Positions 49,224-60,362 of a stretch of DNA of 64,000 nt are shown one piece after another (the first letter of the stretch is position 1; every line of letters starts with the position of its first letter). The DNA is from Phaeosaccion multiseriatum (Eukaryota; Protista; Ochrophyta, other classes), in assembly GCA_965112735.1 (NCBI GenBank), contig OZ218950.1, forward strand, positions 2,232,001-2,296,000, read 5' to 3'. The notes under the pieces were generated by a model that searched no databases, had not been told where the DNA came from, and worked only from the letters and a program-made list of their open reading frames with translations. A program made the position numbers and the translations under genes.

Positions 49224-50458
49224 ATGTAGGTGTGGGTGCGGGTGCTGCTGCTGTAGGTGCTGGTGCGGGTGCTGTTCCAGCTGGTGCTGGTGCTGCTGGC
49301 GGTGGTGCGGGTGCTGCCTTCGAAAGTCTGGCGACGAGAGGGACGCAGCTGCATTGATACTAGTGGCCCCCGACATCATATGCGGCTGCTGCGGAGGCGC
49401 TCTGGCCCCGGCGAGTCCACCTATCATCGGTAGCGGCTGCTGCTGCTGCTGCTGCTGTGGCTGCGGCAGCGGCAGCGGCCCAGGGAAGGCAGCTCCATCC
49501 CTCTGCCCGCTCCCCCCACCCCCAACCCTTCTTCTCTTGCATTTCTTCCTGCGAATCAACCCCAGCACGACGGCCAGCTCGTAGGGCGGGGTGAGATAGT
49601 ACCGCTCGAGAACCTCATAGTTGATGAAGATGCCCGAGTTGAGATTTCCTTCCTTGTGCCCCCCCCGCCCGGCCTTTTTGAATCCAAAGTAGTTGAGCTG
49701 TCGCACAAAGCTGGAGAAATTGGAGTGCCCAAAGAACCTACCCAGAACCTCTGCCTCCAGTGTGAGTGGCCGGAGCACGTTGATGCTCGCTGGTGTGAGA
49801 GTAACGACACAAGAGGCGGTGGGGGGAGAGACAAGCCAGTGGCAGCAGCAGCAGCAGCAGGAGCAGAAATAGAAGAAGGGTGAGTTGGCAGGAATAGCAC
49901 AGGATAAGGCAGCCGAGCCGAGACGTGGGTCAAGCGAGGAGGTGGGAGGCAGAGCCTCAAAAGGGGGGGTTAGCAGCAAGAGGACGAGGCAAGTTGAAGG
50001 CCTCTGTACAGCAAGCATGGAGAGAGGCAGATGACAGCGTATTGTGGTCTAGCTCCATCCTACCGCCCCCTATACTATTGTATATGCTGCCGGCAGTGAG
50101 CCTCCTCAAACACAGCACCAACGTGGTAGTAAGTAGAGCGCGCGAAACAGGGTGGTGATAGCAAGTAGCTCTGGCCGAGAGCTATTAGCGGGGCGACTCA
50201 AATCTCTCTCCACACACACAAGACTGTGAATAGACCAGAGGATCACCTGTGTTACTTCTCCCCTTCCCCATGCCTCCCCCCACGGAAGCTGCCTGCCCTT
50301 GACCTTTGGTCACGGGATGGCTCGGCGACGCAGGCATGGAAAAGTGGCAACATGCCGCACGAACCTGTATTAATGTCCCACACCACGGCAGCGTCTGCCT
50401 TGGTGGCTTCCTGCTCCAAGATCTCCTGCAGCTTCTCCAGGAAAGGATACGTGGCCAT
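47271..50458 (-). CDS. HSF-type DNA-binding transcription factor with polyQ-rich C-terminus (exons 50458-50365, 49789-47271)
   Basis: PFLEKLQEIL...VVWD | ...EVLGRFFGHSNFSSFVRQLNYFGFKK is the HSF DNA-binding domain signature. Confidence 0.88.
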
Positions 50459-51008
50459 GCTCCTGCTCTAGTCTCTGTCGGCCTTTGCACCGCGAAGAGG
50501 GGTGGGGCCCACTAGCAGAAGCCGCACCGGCGGCGAGAGACAGCAGCGCATCGGGCGGAAACCCGCCCCAGCGCAGGAAGTGCTAAGGATATGAGGAGGC
50601 GGGGGGTGCTGCTTCACACATACGCTTTTAAGCGGGTGAGGAGGTGTTGGTAGTAAAGTGTGTGCTGCTTCTTTCCTTCCTCCTCTCTCCTCTGCACCCA
50701 GGAGCAGGTTGAGATGTACATTCCAATTTCCAAAATCAAAATCCCCACTTCCGTTTCCGTTCATTCGGGCCCACGCCCTCGCGAAGGGTGAAATAATTGC
50801 AAAAAGTGTGCAAAGTGAAATAATTTGTGAGGAATCGGGCAATAAAGCCGGTGTGTCGACCAGTAGACAGTTCGGCCAATCAGCTCTCTCCCCTTTCTTT
50901 TGGGGCTATCGTGTTAGCATATGTAGCGGCGACATCGTCTGGCATAGAGAGGGCCGTACGTAAGCGGCGGCCTAGAGCGGGCGGCGGCCTCGGTCTTCCT
51001 CTTTCAAA

Positions 51009-51199
51009 TCGATGTCGACACTGGATATCGAGATACTAGATGTCTAAAAATAAAAATGTCGTGATATCTCCCTGCTAGAGATCAATGTCGTACTTGCACG
51101 GTTTCTGTGGGAAAGCGTCTTATAATAAGCTACATGGAGTCGCCAAGAAAGGAGTGAATTATTACCGATATAGACATCAATATCCAGTGTCGACATCGA
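51009..51199. mobile_element. MITE-like 191-bp element with 20-bp terminal inverted repeats
   Basis: TCGATGTCGACACTGGATAT (51009-51028) and its exact reverse complement (51180-51199); AT-rich interior; TSD not clear. Confidence 0.55.
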
Positions 51200-51479
51200 A
51201 AAAAAAGTAAGGGAATAAAAGAGGACCAGAAGACTGGTTAAAATGCCTTTGAATATATGGGGTTGAAAGCGGGGAGTAGAATTAATTCGTGTTGTCGAGA
51301 GTCGATGAGAGGAGTGCATGTCTAGTCAGGTGTGCGGCTACCATAGAAACCTGACGTGCAGGCAGGGCCTACCCACTAGTGGTGACTCCCTCCTCGCTCC
51401 CTCCCTCCCTTCTTCCCCCCCTCTCTCCCTCCGTCTCATCCGAAAAGTATATCGAAAAGCATTGAAACATTGAAATCGT

Positions 51480-51613
51480 GGCCTGATTACTGATTATGGC
51501 GCCAGCCGGGCCTGATTACTGATTATGACCGGCGCCAGCCGGCCTGATTACTGATTATATGGCGCCAGCCGGCCTGATTACTGATTATGTTTATTGCCGG
51601 CGCACACCGTAAT
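51480..51613 (-). repeat. TAATCAGTAATCAGGCCGG repeat unit (reverse orientation of the 58979 family)
   Basis: Four copies of GGCCTGATTACTGATTAT, ending GCCGGCGCACACCGTAAT, the reverse complement of 58998-59015. Confidence 0.8.
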
Positions 51614-51627
51614 GTGGAAAGGGAAGG

Positions 51628-53195
51628 TGTAAAACGACGTACGCACGACCGACATGCGCTGTCGCCTACAGATAGGATAGAACTAGACACACGGACAAGG
51701 TAACAGCAACCCCAAAGCCAGCCTAGCAGCCAGCCTTGCCTCTATTAACTTATTGCATGCTAGTCCTAAACGACCACCTTCGCACATAGGATAGTGAGAG
51801 CCACGCCACCCGTTCTCACCGCGTCTGCCTGGGCCTGGGCCATTGACTTATGGCCCATCTCATCGAGGCCTTCCAACATCCCCAATGCCTATCCCGGGGC
51901 CTTCCAACATCCCCAATAGCTATCCGCCACTTTCAACATCCCCTTGACAAGACTGTTGCGTGTCCCCACGCAACACAAGCGGATTCGCCTACCGAAGCTC
52001 GACTGTCGCACAAGCCTCCATGCTGCTTCCAAAAAAAGAAAACGGATGAGCATTATGCAACACTCACCCAGATGTGTGCGACCGCTCTTCCCACACACAC
52101 CCCCTGTATTGATGAGAAAGTCCCACGACTCAAACTCACCCACACAGGCTCACGGATGAGAAGATCCCACGACTCAAACTCACCCGCGCCATATCTTTCT
52201 CCACTCCTACTCGCCACCAGCGTTGCCAAAGCCTCGTTGCGCACCACTAATGCTGACTGCTAAAGTGTTTACTGGTGTGCCTACAAGGCACCCAGACAGT
52301 CCCTAAAGCAGCCTTGCGAGTATCCTTCTCTGTCTCCCGCCAAGCTCCGTGCAACAGCAACAGCCGCGCTGCTGCCACACTCGAAAGCCGTGCCCGCTGT
52401 AGGGCACCGCTCTCGGCAATTCTCTGTCTCCACTGCCCACCAACCTCCAGCATCCATTTCCGTGCAACAACAACATCCGTGCTGCTGCCACACTCGAAAG
52501 CTGTGCCCGCTGTAGACACCACTCCCGGCAATTCTCTCTCTCCACTGCCCACCAACCTTCAGCATCCATTTCCGTGCAACAACAACATCCGTGCTGCTGC
52601 CACACTCGAAAGCTGTGCCCGCTGTAGACACCACTCCCGGCAATTCTCTCTCTCCACTGCCCACCAACCTTCAGCATACATTTCCGTGCAACAACAACAT
52701 CCGTGCTGCTGCCACACTCGAAAGCCGTGCCCGCTGTAAGACACCGCTTCCGGCAATTCTCTCCCTCCACTCCCGCCTCTCCGTGCAACAACAACTCCGC
52801 TGCTGTCGCACGTCGTACGGCACTGCTTATGTGCCGCACTGTGCTCCCCTAACACGCCTCTTCCTTCCCTGCCTAAGCCTCTTGGCTAAGTGCTGCTTTC
52901 GGGCCTTTGGGGTTGTAAAACGACGTACGCACGACCGACATGCGCTGTCGCCTACAGATAGGATAGAACTAGACACACGGACAAGGTAACAGCAACCCCA
53001 AAGCCAGCCTAGCAGCCAGCCTTGCCTCTATTAACTTATTGCATGCTAGTCCTAAACGACCACCTTCGCACATAGGATAGTGAGAGCCACGCCACCCGTT
53101 CTCACCGCGTCTGCCTGGGCCTGGGCCATTGACTTATGGCCCATCTCATCGAGGCCTTCCAACATCCCCAATGCCTATCCCGGGGCCTTCCAACA
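51628..53195 (-). mobile_element. Non-autonomous LTR retrotransposon (TRIM-like), 282-bp apparently identical LTRs, 4-bp TSD AAGG
   Basis: LTRs 51628-51909 and 52914-53195, both TGT...ACA. AAGG on both flanks. No gag/pol recognisable inside. Orientation inferred from the PBS/PPT-like signals. Confidence 0.9.
52347..52800. repeat. About 112-bp tandem repeat (about 4 copies) inside the LTR element
   Basis: Units beginning CCGTGCAACA at 52347, 52460, 52572, 52684 and 52781. Confidence 0.9.
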
Positions 53196-53690
53196 AAGGA
53201 AAGAGGCTGGGCCAGTCGACAGCCAGCTTGACACAGCGAGTACGGCTGAGAGATAAGGGACACAGTCAATAGGCTTAGCCGTGAGTAGGGGCTGGGCTCT
53301 CCCACTCACGCACGCCCCCCCATCATTCACACCATCAGGGACACCCTCAATTTCAGTTTCGTTCCCGCCCGACCGCCCGTACGCACACACGCACGCACGC
53401 CCGCACGTCCGCACGTCCGCACGCCCGCACGCCCACACGCACGCACACACGTGCAGCCACACAACACCATACACATGTGCGCTGATACCATGAGGCTTGG
53501 GCGGGGGGGAGCAGGGGAGAATCCAAGCGCCTCCGGACTATCGTCGACATCTGTGAGGAACCCCCCTGTCCCTGTCGTGTTGCTAGACGCGAGCGAGTGA
53601 GAAGGCGTTGCGGGCGGGCGCGGGCCGAACGCCTTTGTACGTTCTTGGATGGTATGTGCGTGTGCTGTAGAACGAATCCCCTGGAAAAAT

Positions 53691-55479
53691 ATGGGAAGCA
53701 AGAGAGGCCAGTTGAAAGAAAAGGGATGGCCCACTAGGAACAGAACGTGCTGCTACCTTTGCGTCCTGGCCGTCTGCCTTTTCCTTCTCTTCCGTCGCCC
53801 TGCACATCCTTACCATGCTGCTGCCGAGGCCGAGTTGGCGGCGGAGGACTTTGTTGGCGCTGCCCTCTCGCAGTGCTCGTCTCATCGGCAACTCGGCCCG
53901 CTGGCTTGGATATCTTGGCTTCCACTGGGCTCAAGAACCTCTGCAGCAGGAGCACCACCAGCAGTACCCGGACAAGGCGGGTATCACCCCGGGCAGCAGC
54001 ACGAGCAGCTCAGCTTTGGAGATGTGCTGCGGGCGAGATGGAGGCAAGAGAAGCACACCGTCCTCTTCGGGGTGGAGCAGCTCCCCGCTCGTCACCACGT
54101 CGGAATGTACGTGAGGGAGCCTGATCGCCCTCGCTCAAAGCACCTGGAGGGGAACGGTGCGAGGCGGACCATTTGCACATGCTCTTTGCCACTGAACCCT
54201 GCTCATTCTCCTGTACTGTCCCATGGCTGCACCGTTTGGCTTTCGTTTTTTTGTTTGTTTTCATTTCATGAAGAACAAGCAAATGGGCTGCAGAGATGCT
54301 TTGCAATCCCCAGAGGAGAAAGCCACCCGGAAACCTTGCCTACATGGTACCACATCAGTAAGTTTGACCACCGCCACTGCTGCGGCTCCTCGCTAGTGTC
54401 TTGTTTCCATTCGCCTCAGACGGATCATCAACATCCTCGTCACATTTCGTCTTCTTTTCTGCTGCTGCTGCTGCTCCTGCTGCTGCTGCTACTATTTGTG
54501 GTCCGTCTGCTGCTGCTGCTGCTGCTGTTCTGTTGTTGCTATTGCTGCTTGTGGTCCCTCCCCGTGCAGGCCTTTCGACCCAGAGGTTGGCTTCAACTTT
54601 TATAAGGCCGAAGTGGGGGAGTTTCTCATGGCCTTTGTCCCCAGTTTCGAGCGAGCAGGCCACGACATCATTGGGAGCCAAGGTGCGGGCAGGGGCCGGT
54701 ACGAGGAGGAAGGAAGGGAAGGGAAGGGAAGATTGGACCAGAGAGAAAGGCAAAGGAAAACAAGGCTCGTTGTTGGGGTTTTGGAGGTGCGGGTGCGCGA
54801 TTGCAACACTCGGTGTAGCGGCATCGGTAGAAACACAGCTCCGAAGCTTCTCCGTCTTGGGTCTTCCACCCACCAACAAGACACCACATACTTGCCTGCC
54901 TTTCTGCGCCTACTCTGCCTCTCACGCTTCATTATCGACCTTCCATCACCAGCACTTACCCTGGCACCTCTCAACTTCGCCTCCCTTCTCAGTTTGTGAA
55001 CAGCGCCGCTCAACACTCTACACACCCCTGCCTGCCTCTCTGCACCCACCTACCTACCTACCTACCTACCTACCTACCTACCTACCTACCTACCTACCTA
55101 CCTACCTACCTACCTACCTTCCTACCTACCCAGACGTCCTTGGGTGCCTACCAGTGGGTACGCAGGCTCCCAGCCCTGACCGTATCCAACAAGTTGAGGG
55201 CATGACTCACGCCGTCCTGCTCAACGTCAAGCCGCTGGGGGCCTACAGCATGCTACTGCTTCCCTTCTTTAAAGAGCAGCAGGCGCAGGAGGTCACTGCC
55301 CGGTCTCTTAGGGTGGCCATTGACTTCTCTCTGGCACTCGTGGCGGGGGGGGAGGGGAGCATGCGTGTGGGATTCAACGGGCTGGGCGCTACGGCGAGCG
55401 TTAACCACCTCCACTTCCAGGTGTGTGGGTGGGTGGGTGGGTGGGTGGGTGTGTGTGAGTTGTGTGTGTGCGTGAGTGT

Positions 55480-55525
<46 letters not shown>

Positions 55526-56821
55526 TGCGTGTGTGTGCGCGTTGTAATGGTGTGAGTGTGTGCGTTGTCTGTGTTGTGTGTGTGTGGGGGGGGGGGATGT
55601 GCTTAGGGACGGTACATTGGCGGCTGAAGTAGTACCACCTTGGCAAGGGAAGAAGGATCTTACTTGCTGTGTCTCAGCCCCCACCCTCTTGTAGTTGGTT
55701 CACTGAACGGGAGTGAGAGTCTTTCGCTGCATCCTGTTGTTGCTTCCTCAATACTCCACCCACTGCCATCCACAACCATCCACACGGGTCTCTGCGTGCG
55801 TGTCCGTGTGCCTTCGTGCTCGGTTGTTGCGTTTGCGTTTGCACCACCTCTCCATCTCCCTGTCTCTCTCTCCCTTTCCCTCTCTGTCTCTCTCTCCTTG
55901 TCTCTCCGTCCCTCTCACTCCCCCACTCTGTCGCTCTCTCTCTGCTCTCTCTCTCTTTCACACACACGCACACCCACTCCCCATTGACTTATGTGTAGAT
56001 CTGGGAGTTCTCCTCCAGTCCGGACGGGCTCCTGCCGATCGAGCGCGTCGTCCCTGTGAAGACGTTGGACAACCACCATCTGTACACCGCGAAGGATGTC
56101 AGCTTCCTGCCAGAGTCGTACCCGGTGCGTGGAATGGTCTTTGCACTTCCACTCCCAGCAGCATCAGGAGCAGGAGGAGCAGCAGGAGCAGCAACAGGCA
56201 CCGAAGCTACTCCGTGTGAGCAGGAGGGGTGCCAGGACGGAGTCCTCGCTGCTGCGCGTCTCATCTCCACGTGTGTCAAGGCCTGGATAGACCTCGGCGT
56301 GCCGTACACCATGCTGTTTAGCCAAGGCAAGGCGTACCTCCTTCCCAGACAGGCCTACACCCCCCTCCCCTTCGCCGCCATGCCGGGCTTCCCAGAGTTG
56401 TCAGGTGAGCTTTGATTAGTGACGAATATGTTTGACGACGTCTCGTTTACCTGCTGTGCTGTGCTGTGATGTGATGTGATGTGCCATGCTGGGCTGAGCT
56501 GTTTGTTGAGTGAGGGCCGCACTCAAGCGTACACAGCCACACTCACTGCTCTGGGACTGACTCGCAGTGACCACCTCCATCACGCTAACCCAACACGTGC
56601 CTGCATGTGCCCTGTGCCCTCCTCCCGTCTTTTTTCGCTCGCCAACAAACGCACTCACACACACACACACACACACACACACAGGGGAGCTCATCATCAC
56701 CGACACGGCAGACTTTGCGACGCTGACCGCAGACGACCTTTGGGACGCACTGAGGACGCAGGTCAGTGTGGAGGCACTGGAATTCAGCCATCTCGTCAGG
56801 GCATGCCTCCCGGGAGGGTGA
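53691..56821 (+). CDS. GDP-D-glucose / GDP-L-galactose phosphorylase family (GDPGP1/VTC2, HIT-like), with an N-terminal hydrophobic anchor
   Basis: Spliced QPFDPEVGFNFYK, VLLNVKPL...LLLP, MRVGFNGLGATASVNHLHFQ (HxHxQ), PYTMLF, LLPRQ, PGFPELSGELI. Confidence 0.85.
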
Positions 56822-57507
56822 GATAGGGCAGCGTGTTGATGGCAAAGCGACGCCCGGCGGTGGGCGAGCAACCAACTTTTCCCCAAGCAGCCACGCAGGG
56901 AGGCAGGCAGGCATACAGGCATACAGGCATACAGGCAGGCGGGCAGACAGGCAGGAAGGCAGGCATCTGTCTCTCTCTCTGTTCGCGCCGTGTGTGCTTT
57001 TTGTGTAGCCGTCCGCTGCGCATACAGATGGGTTCGAGAGGTTAGGCATCCTCGCTCAGGTACCCCAAAACTTTGGCTTGTACGCAAAAGGACCAGCAGG
57101 CCTTCCTCCTGGCGGCAATTCGCACACCTGCTGCAAGGGCTGCGAGGCGCATCCTGACACCCGTTACATATCACCCTTAGCCTTGGCCGCAAGGGTTGGG
57201 AGAGGGGGGAGGGGAGTACAAGGGGTCAGGATGGAGAAGGAAGAGAGGAAGGAAGGAAGGAAGGACAGAGGCGTAGGACCATTGCTACGGGGGAGCTTCC
57301 GTACCCCCGATTGGGGCCCTGCAGGTCTGCAGCAGCCTGGTTCTCGATGGCAATGGATGTGTAGCTGCCACTGAAGAGGCGGAGGAGATGCACAGGCCCT
57401 CACTATGGTATGCCACACCGACAGTGCCGACAGTGCGGAAGCGACTTGTCTGGGCACGTGCGCTGCTGCTGAAGACACCTGGCGGAGGTTGGCGAGCAAG
57501 GCAGGGT

Positions 57508-57538
<31 letters not shown>

Positions 57539-57953
57539 GGGGAGAGAGAGAGGGACGGAGGGGAGGAGAGAGGAAGACGCCTCAGACCGGGCCGTGGTGG
57601 AGTCCTCTAGTCTGTCACTCTCTCCCCACTCCCCCCACTCCTGGCGAAACACGGGCAAGCCCCGTGTGTGTGCGTGTTTGTGTGTGCATGGGTGGGTATG
57701 GCGTGTATGAAGCTCTACTCAGAGCGTGAATAGAGGCAGCTTCAGGCCTTGAAGGCACAGACTGTCGTACAAGATCGCTCGTCAGAGAAGCACGTTATCG
57801 TCTACGACTCTTCCCTCGCCAGGTGGTGGTTCAGCAGCAGCGGCAGGGAGGCGCGACCAGGCGTGGCGCTGCATCAAGGCTGTGCGCTGAAAGAAGGAGG
57901 CAGACGGTTCGAGGAAAGGGGGCGAGCGTCTGGCCTCTGAGAGTCTGACCGCA

Positions 57954-58124
57954 TCGGCCCTGGACTTGATTGTGGTACGCGCCGGCCATAATCAGTGAAT
58001 CAGACCTGGCCCGGCCATAATCAATAACCAGGCACACTGAATCAAGAGGAATAAAAAATAAAAAAAATCAGGCCGGCTGGCGCCGACCATTATAATCAGG
58101 CCGGTTTGCGCCGTCCAAGGTTGG
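57954..58124 (+). mobile_element. Degenerate copy of the TAATCAG MITE-like unit
   Basis: Left end TCGGCCCTGGAC, right end GTCCAAGGTTGG, internal CCGGCCATAATCAG repeats. Confidence 0.5.
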
Positions 58125-58387
58125 AACTGAGAATTTTGAAATGGGCAAAAAAAGACGGTTTGAATTTTCCTCCGGACCGGCTCTCTCCACCGCCTTCCCC
58201 ACACCAGCAGCACACCGGCTCCCCCAGCACCTCCTCCAGCACTGCCCCTGGGTCTTCGTGCGCACACGAGCCTGCTGGGACCTTTGCTGGGCGCGCGAAC
58301 TCCGCTTTTAAATCGACTTTTCACCCGCTGCACCTCGTCCCTCCGGGCGGGATGCACACACGCATCGTCGGCCCCATGCGGTTTTGC

Positions 58388-58978
58388 TCTAGGCCGCTAG
58401 GCCGCTCGGGGGGCCTTCGGCCGATGTAGGCCTAGGCCGGCGGCCTCCGTCCGCTCTAGGCCGCTCACTTTTCAGTCCTAGGCGGCCTATATAGCCCGCC
58501 CGGCAGCCTCCCAGTGACCGTGGGCGCGTGCGTGGTGCCGCCCAGCCAGTGGGTAGCAGCACACCTGTAGTGAGGCGGAAGAGACAACACGAACGAAGTC
58601 TACTCCTCACCTCCAATCCCATGCAATGAAACTGACTACTCTTTGCACTCTGGGCACTCCCACCGTCCGCCTACTAGCTAGTTGGCTGGCGTCTGCCCTA
58701 GGCCGCGCGGGCCTCCGCCCCGCTTAGGCCGCCTAGGCGGCGGCATAAAAATAGGCCGAGGGCCTACGGCCCTCGCTAGGCCGGGCAATTTTCCCAAATA
58801 GGCCTAGTAGGCCGCTAGGCGTGCACGGGGCCGAGCATCGGCTCCAGACTGGCCTAGAAGCCTAGGCCTAGAGACGAAACTCGGCCGGCCTAGGGAGGCC
58901 GCGGGGCCTAGGCCTAGAGGGGGCCGCAGGTCCCCAGCCTAGGCCTATTTTTGGCGCAGCCCCCCCGGCCTAGGCCTA
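58388..58978. repeat. GGCCTAGG/CTAGGCCG-rich palindromic repeat region (probable transposon subterminal region)
   Basis: More than 20 CCTAG/CTAGG words. 58838-58864 is an exact 27-bp inverted copy of 59462-59488. Confidence 0.7.
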
Positions 58979-59172
58979 TCGACCCTGGACAAGGCAGATT
59001 ACGGTGTGCGCCGGCCGTAATCAGTAATCAGCCCCCGGCCGGCGCATAATCAGTAATCAGGCCGGCTGGTCACCGGCTGTAGGCAACCAGACCGGCTGGC
59101 GCCGGTCATAATCAGTAATCAGGCCGGCTGCACCGGCCGTAATCAGAATAAGATAATCTTGTCCAGGGTCGA
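58979..59172 (+). mobile_element. MITE-like unit with TIR TCGACCCTGGACAAG and internal TAATCAGTAATCAG repeats; second truncated unit at 59292-59408 after a (CCCT)n spacer
   Basis: 15-bp TIRs at 58979-58993 and 59158-59172; four TAATCAG(T)AAT motifs inside. Confidence 0.65.
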
Positions 59173-59523
59173 CTCCCTCCCTCCCTCCCTCCCTCCCTCC
59201 CTCCCTCCCTCCCTCCCTCCCTCCCTCCCTCCCTCCCTCCCTCCCTCCCTCCCTCCCTCCCTCCCTCCCTCCCTCCCTCCCTCCCTCCCTCCGATCCTGG
59301 ACAAGATTGCGGTGTGCCCCGGCCGTAATCAGTAATCAGCCCCCGGCTGGCGCATTATCAGTAATCAGGCCGGCTGCGCCGGCCGTAATTACTAATCAGA
59401 TAGGTCGAGGCCTAGGCCTAGAACCGCCGGCCTAGGGAGAAAAAATGGCCGGCCTAGAGCATAGGCTTCTAGGCCAGTCTGGAGCCGACACGCACCACGT
59501 GCTGCCGGCATCCGGCATGTAAG

Positions 59524-59917
59524 GGTATCGTCTGCAGTATCTCCCGCGCCGTCCTCGAAGTCGAACTCCTCAATGCCCAACACATCCCAGCCATGGTCCT
59601 CGTCCCCCGCACTATCTTCACAGTCAAGGTCGGCAGCAGCCGCGGTGTCCAGCAACTTCATCCGCAAGCAATTCCCTGTCCGCGACGCCTGCGTCCTCAC
59701 CACTAATACCGCCCAAGGACGGATGCTCTCCCGCATTGGCAGTGACCTACGAGGCGACGTCTTCTCCAACGGACAGCTCTACGTCGCCCTCTCCCAAGCC
59801 AAAGGCCACCACGACCACGTCGTCGTCCTCGTCCAGCTCTCGCGCCTCTTGGACGGCGTCGCCCACACTGTCAACATTACATACCCTGCCTTTATTAAAG
59901 CTGCTTCATCCTCATAG
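59524..59917 (+). pseudogene. Helitron RepHel (PIF1-like helicase) C-terminal remnant, frameshifted
   Basis: IVCSISRAVLEVELL...VLVPRTIF, then a +1 frameshift, then FIRKQFPVRDACVLTTNTAQGRMLSRIGSDLRGDVFSNGQLYVALS. Compare the Helitron consensus RRQFPVRLAFAMTINKSQGQTL..VG.DL..PVFSHGQLYVALSR. Confidence 0.85.
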
Positions 59918-60362
59918 AACTGTCCCTCCTGCCCCTGCTCTCTCATCCCCTCACATCCTGCACTCGCCATTTGTGACTGCCTCCTACTTTAATTCTCCTT
60001 CGCTCCTCGCCTCCCCCTTTCACCCTCCTCTCCTCCACTCTCCCTTCTTCTCCCACTTCTTGCCAACCCCACCCCTCTTCCCTCCTCCTCCTTCCCCCTT
60101 GCGGAGTCTCAGTATCTCAGAGATGCTTGGCATGTTGGAATCCGGATTGTCGTTGTCGTTGGGAACCTAGAAGCTGCATGAACGGTCAGTCGCAGGAGGA
60201 GGATAGATAAGAGAGAGAAAGATAAGAAAAGCTAATGTACACACACTCTACAAGTTGTTCATCCGAGGGAGGGAGGGAGGGAGGGAGGGAGGGAGGGGAG
60301 AAGGGAGAACGGGAATTTTTCAATGACATAATACGATGTCATATCCATTTCCACATTCCATC

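Noticed and set aside
51480-52800. CRISPR-like appearance of the TAATCAG arrays and the 112-bp repeats
   Set aside because: Spacers are not unique or of constant length, there are no cas genes, and the context is eukaryotic. Transposon-derived repeats explain them better.
56900-57940. Possible minus-strand exons downstream of the phosphorylase
   Set aside because: Splice-like signals are present, but no coherent or recognisable protein could be assembled.
60111-60170. Candidate Helitron 3' end (weak hairpin at 60111-60127, CTAG at 60167)
   Set aside because: The hairpin is about 40 nt from the CTAG and the next base is A rather than T, which does not fit the canonical terminus.
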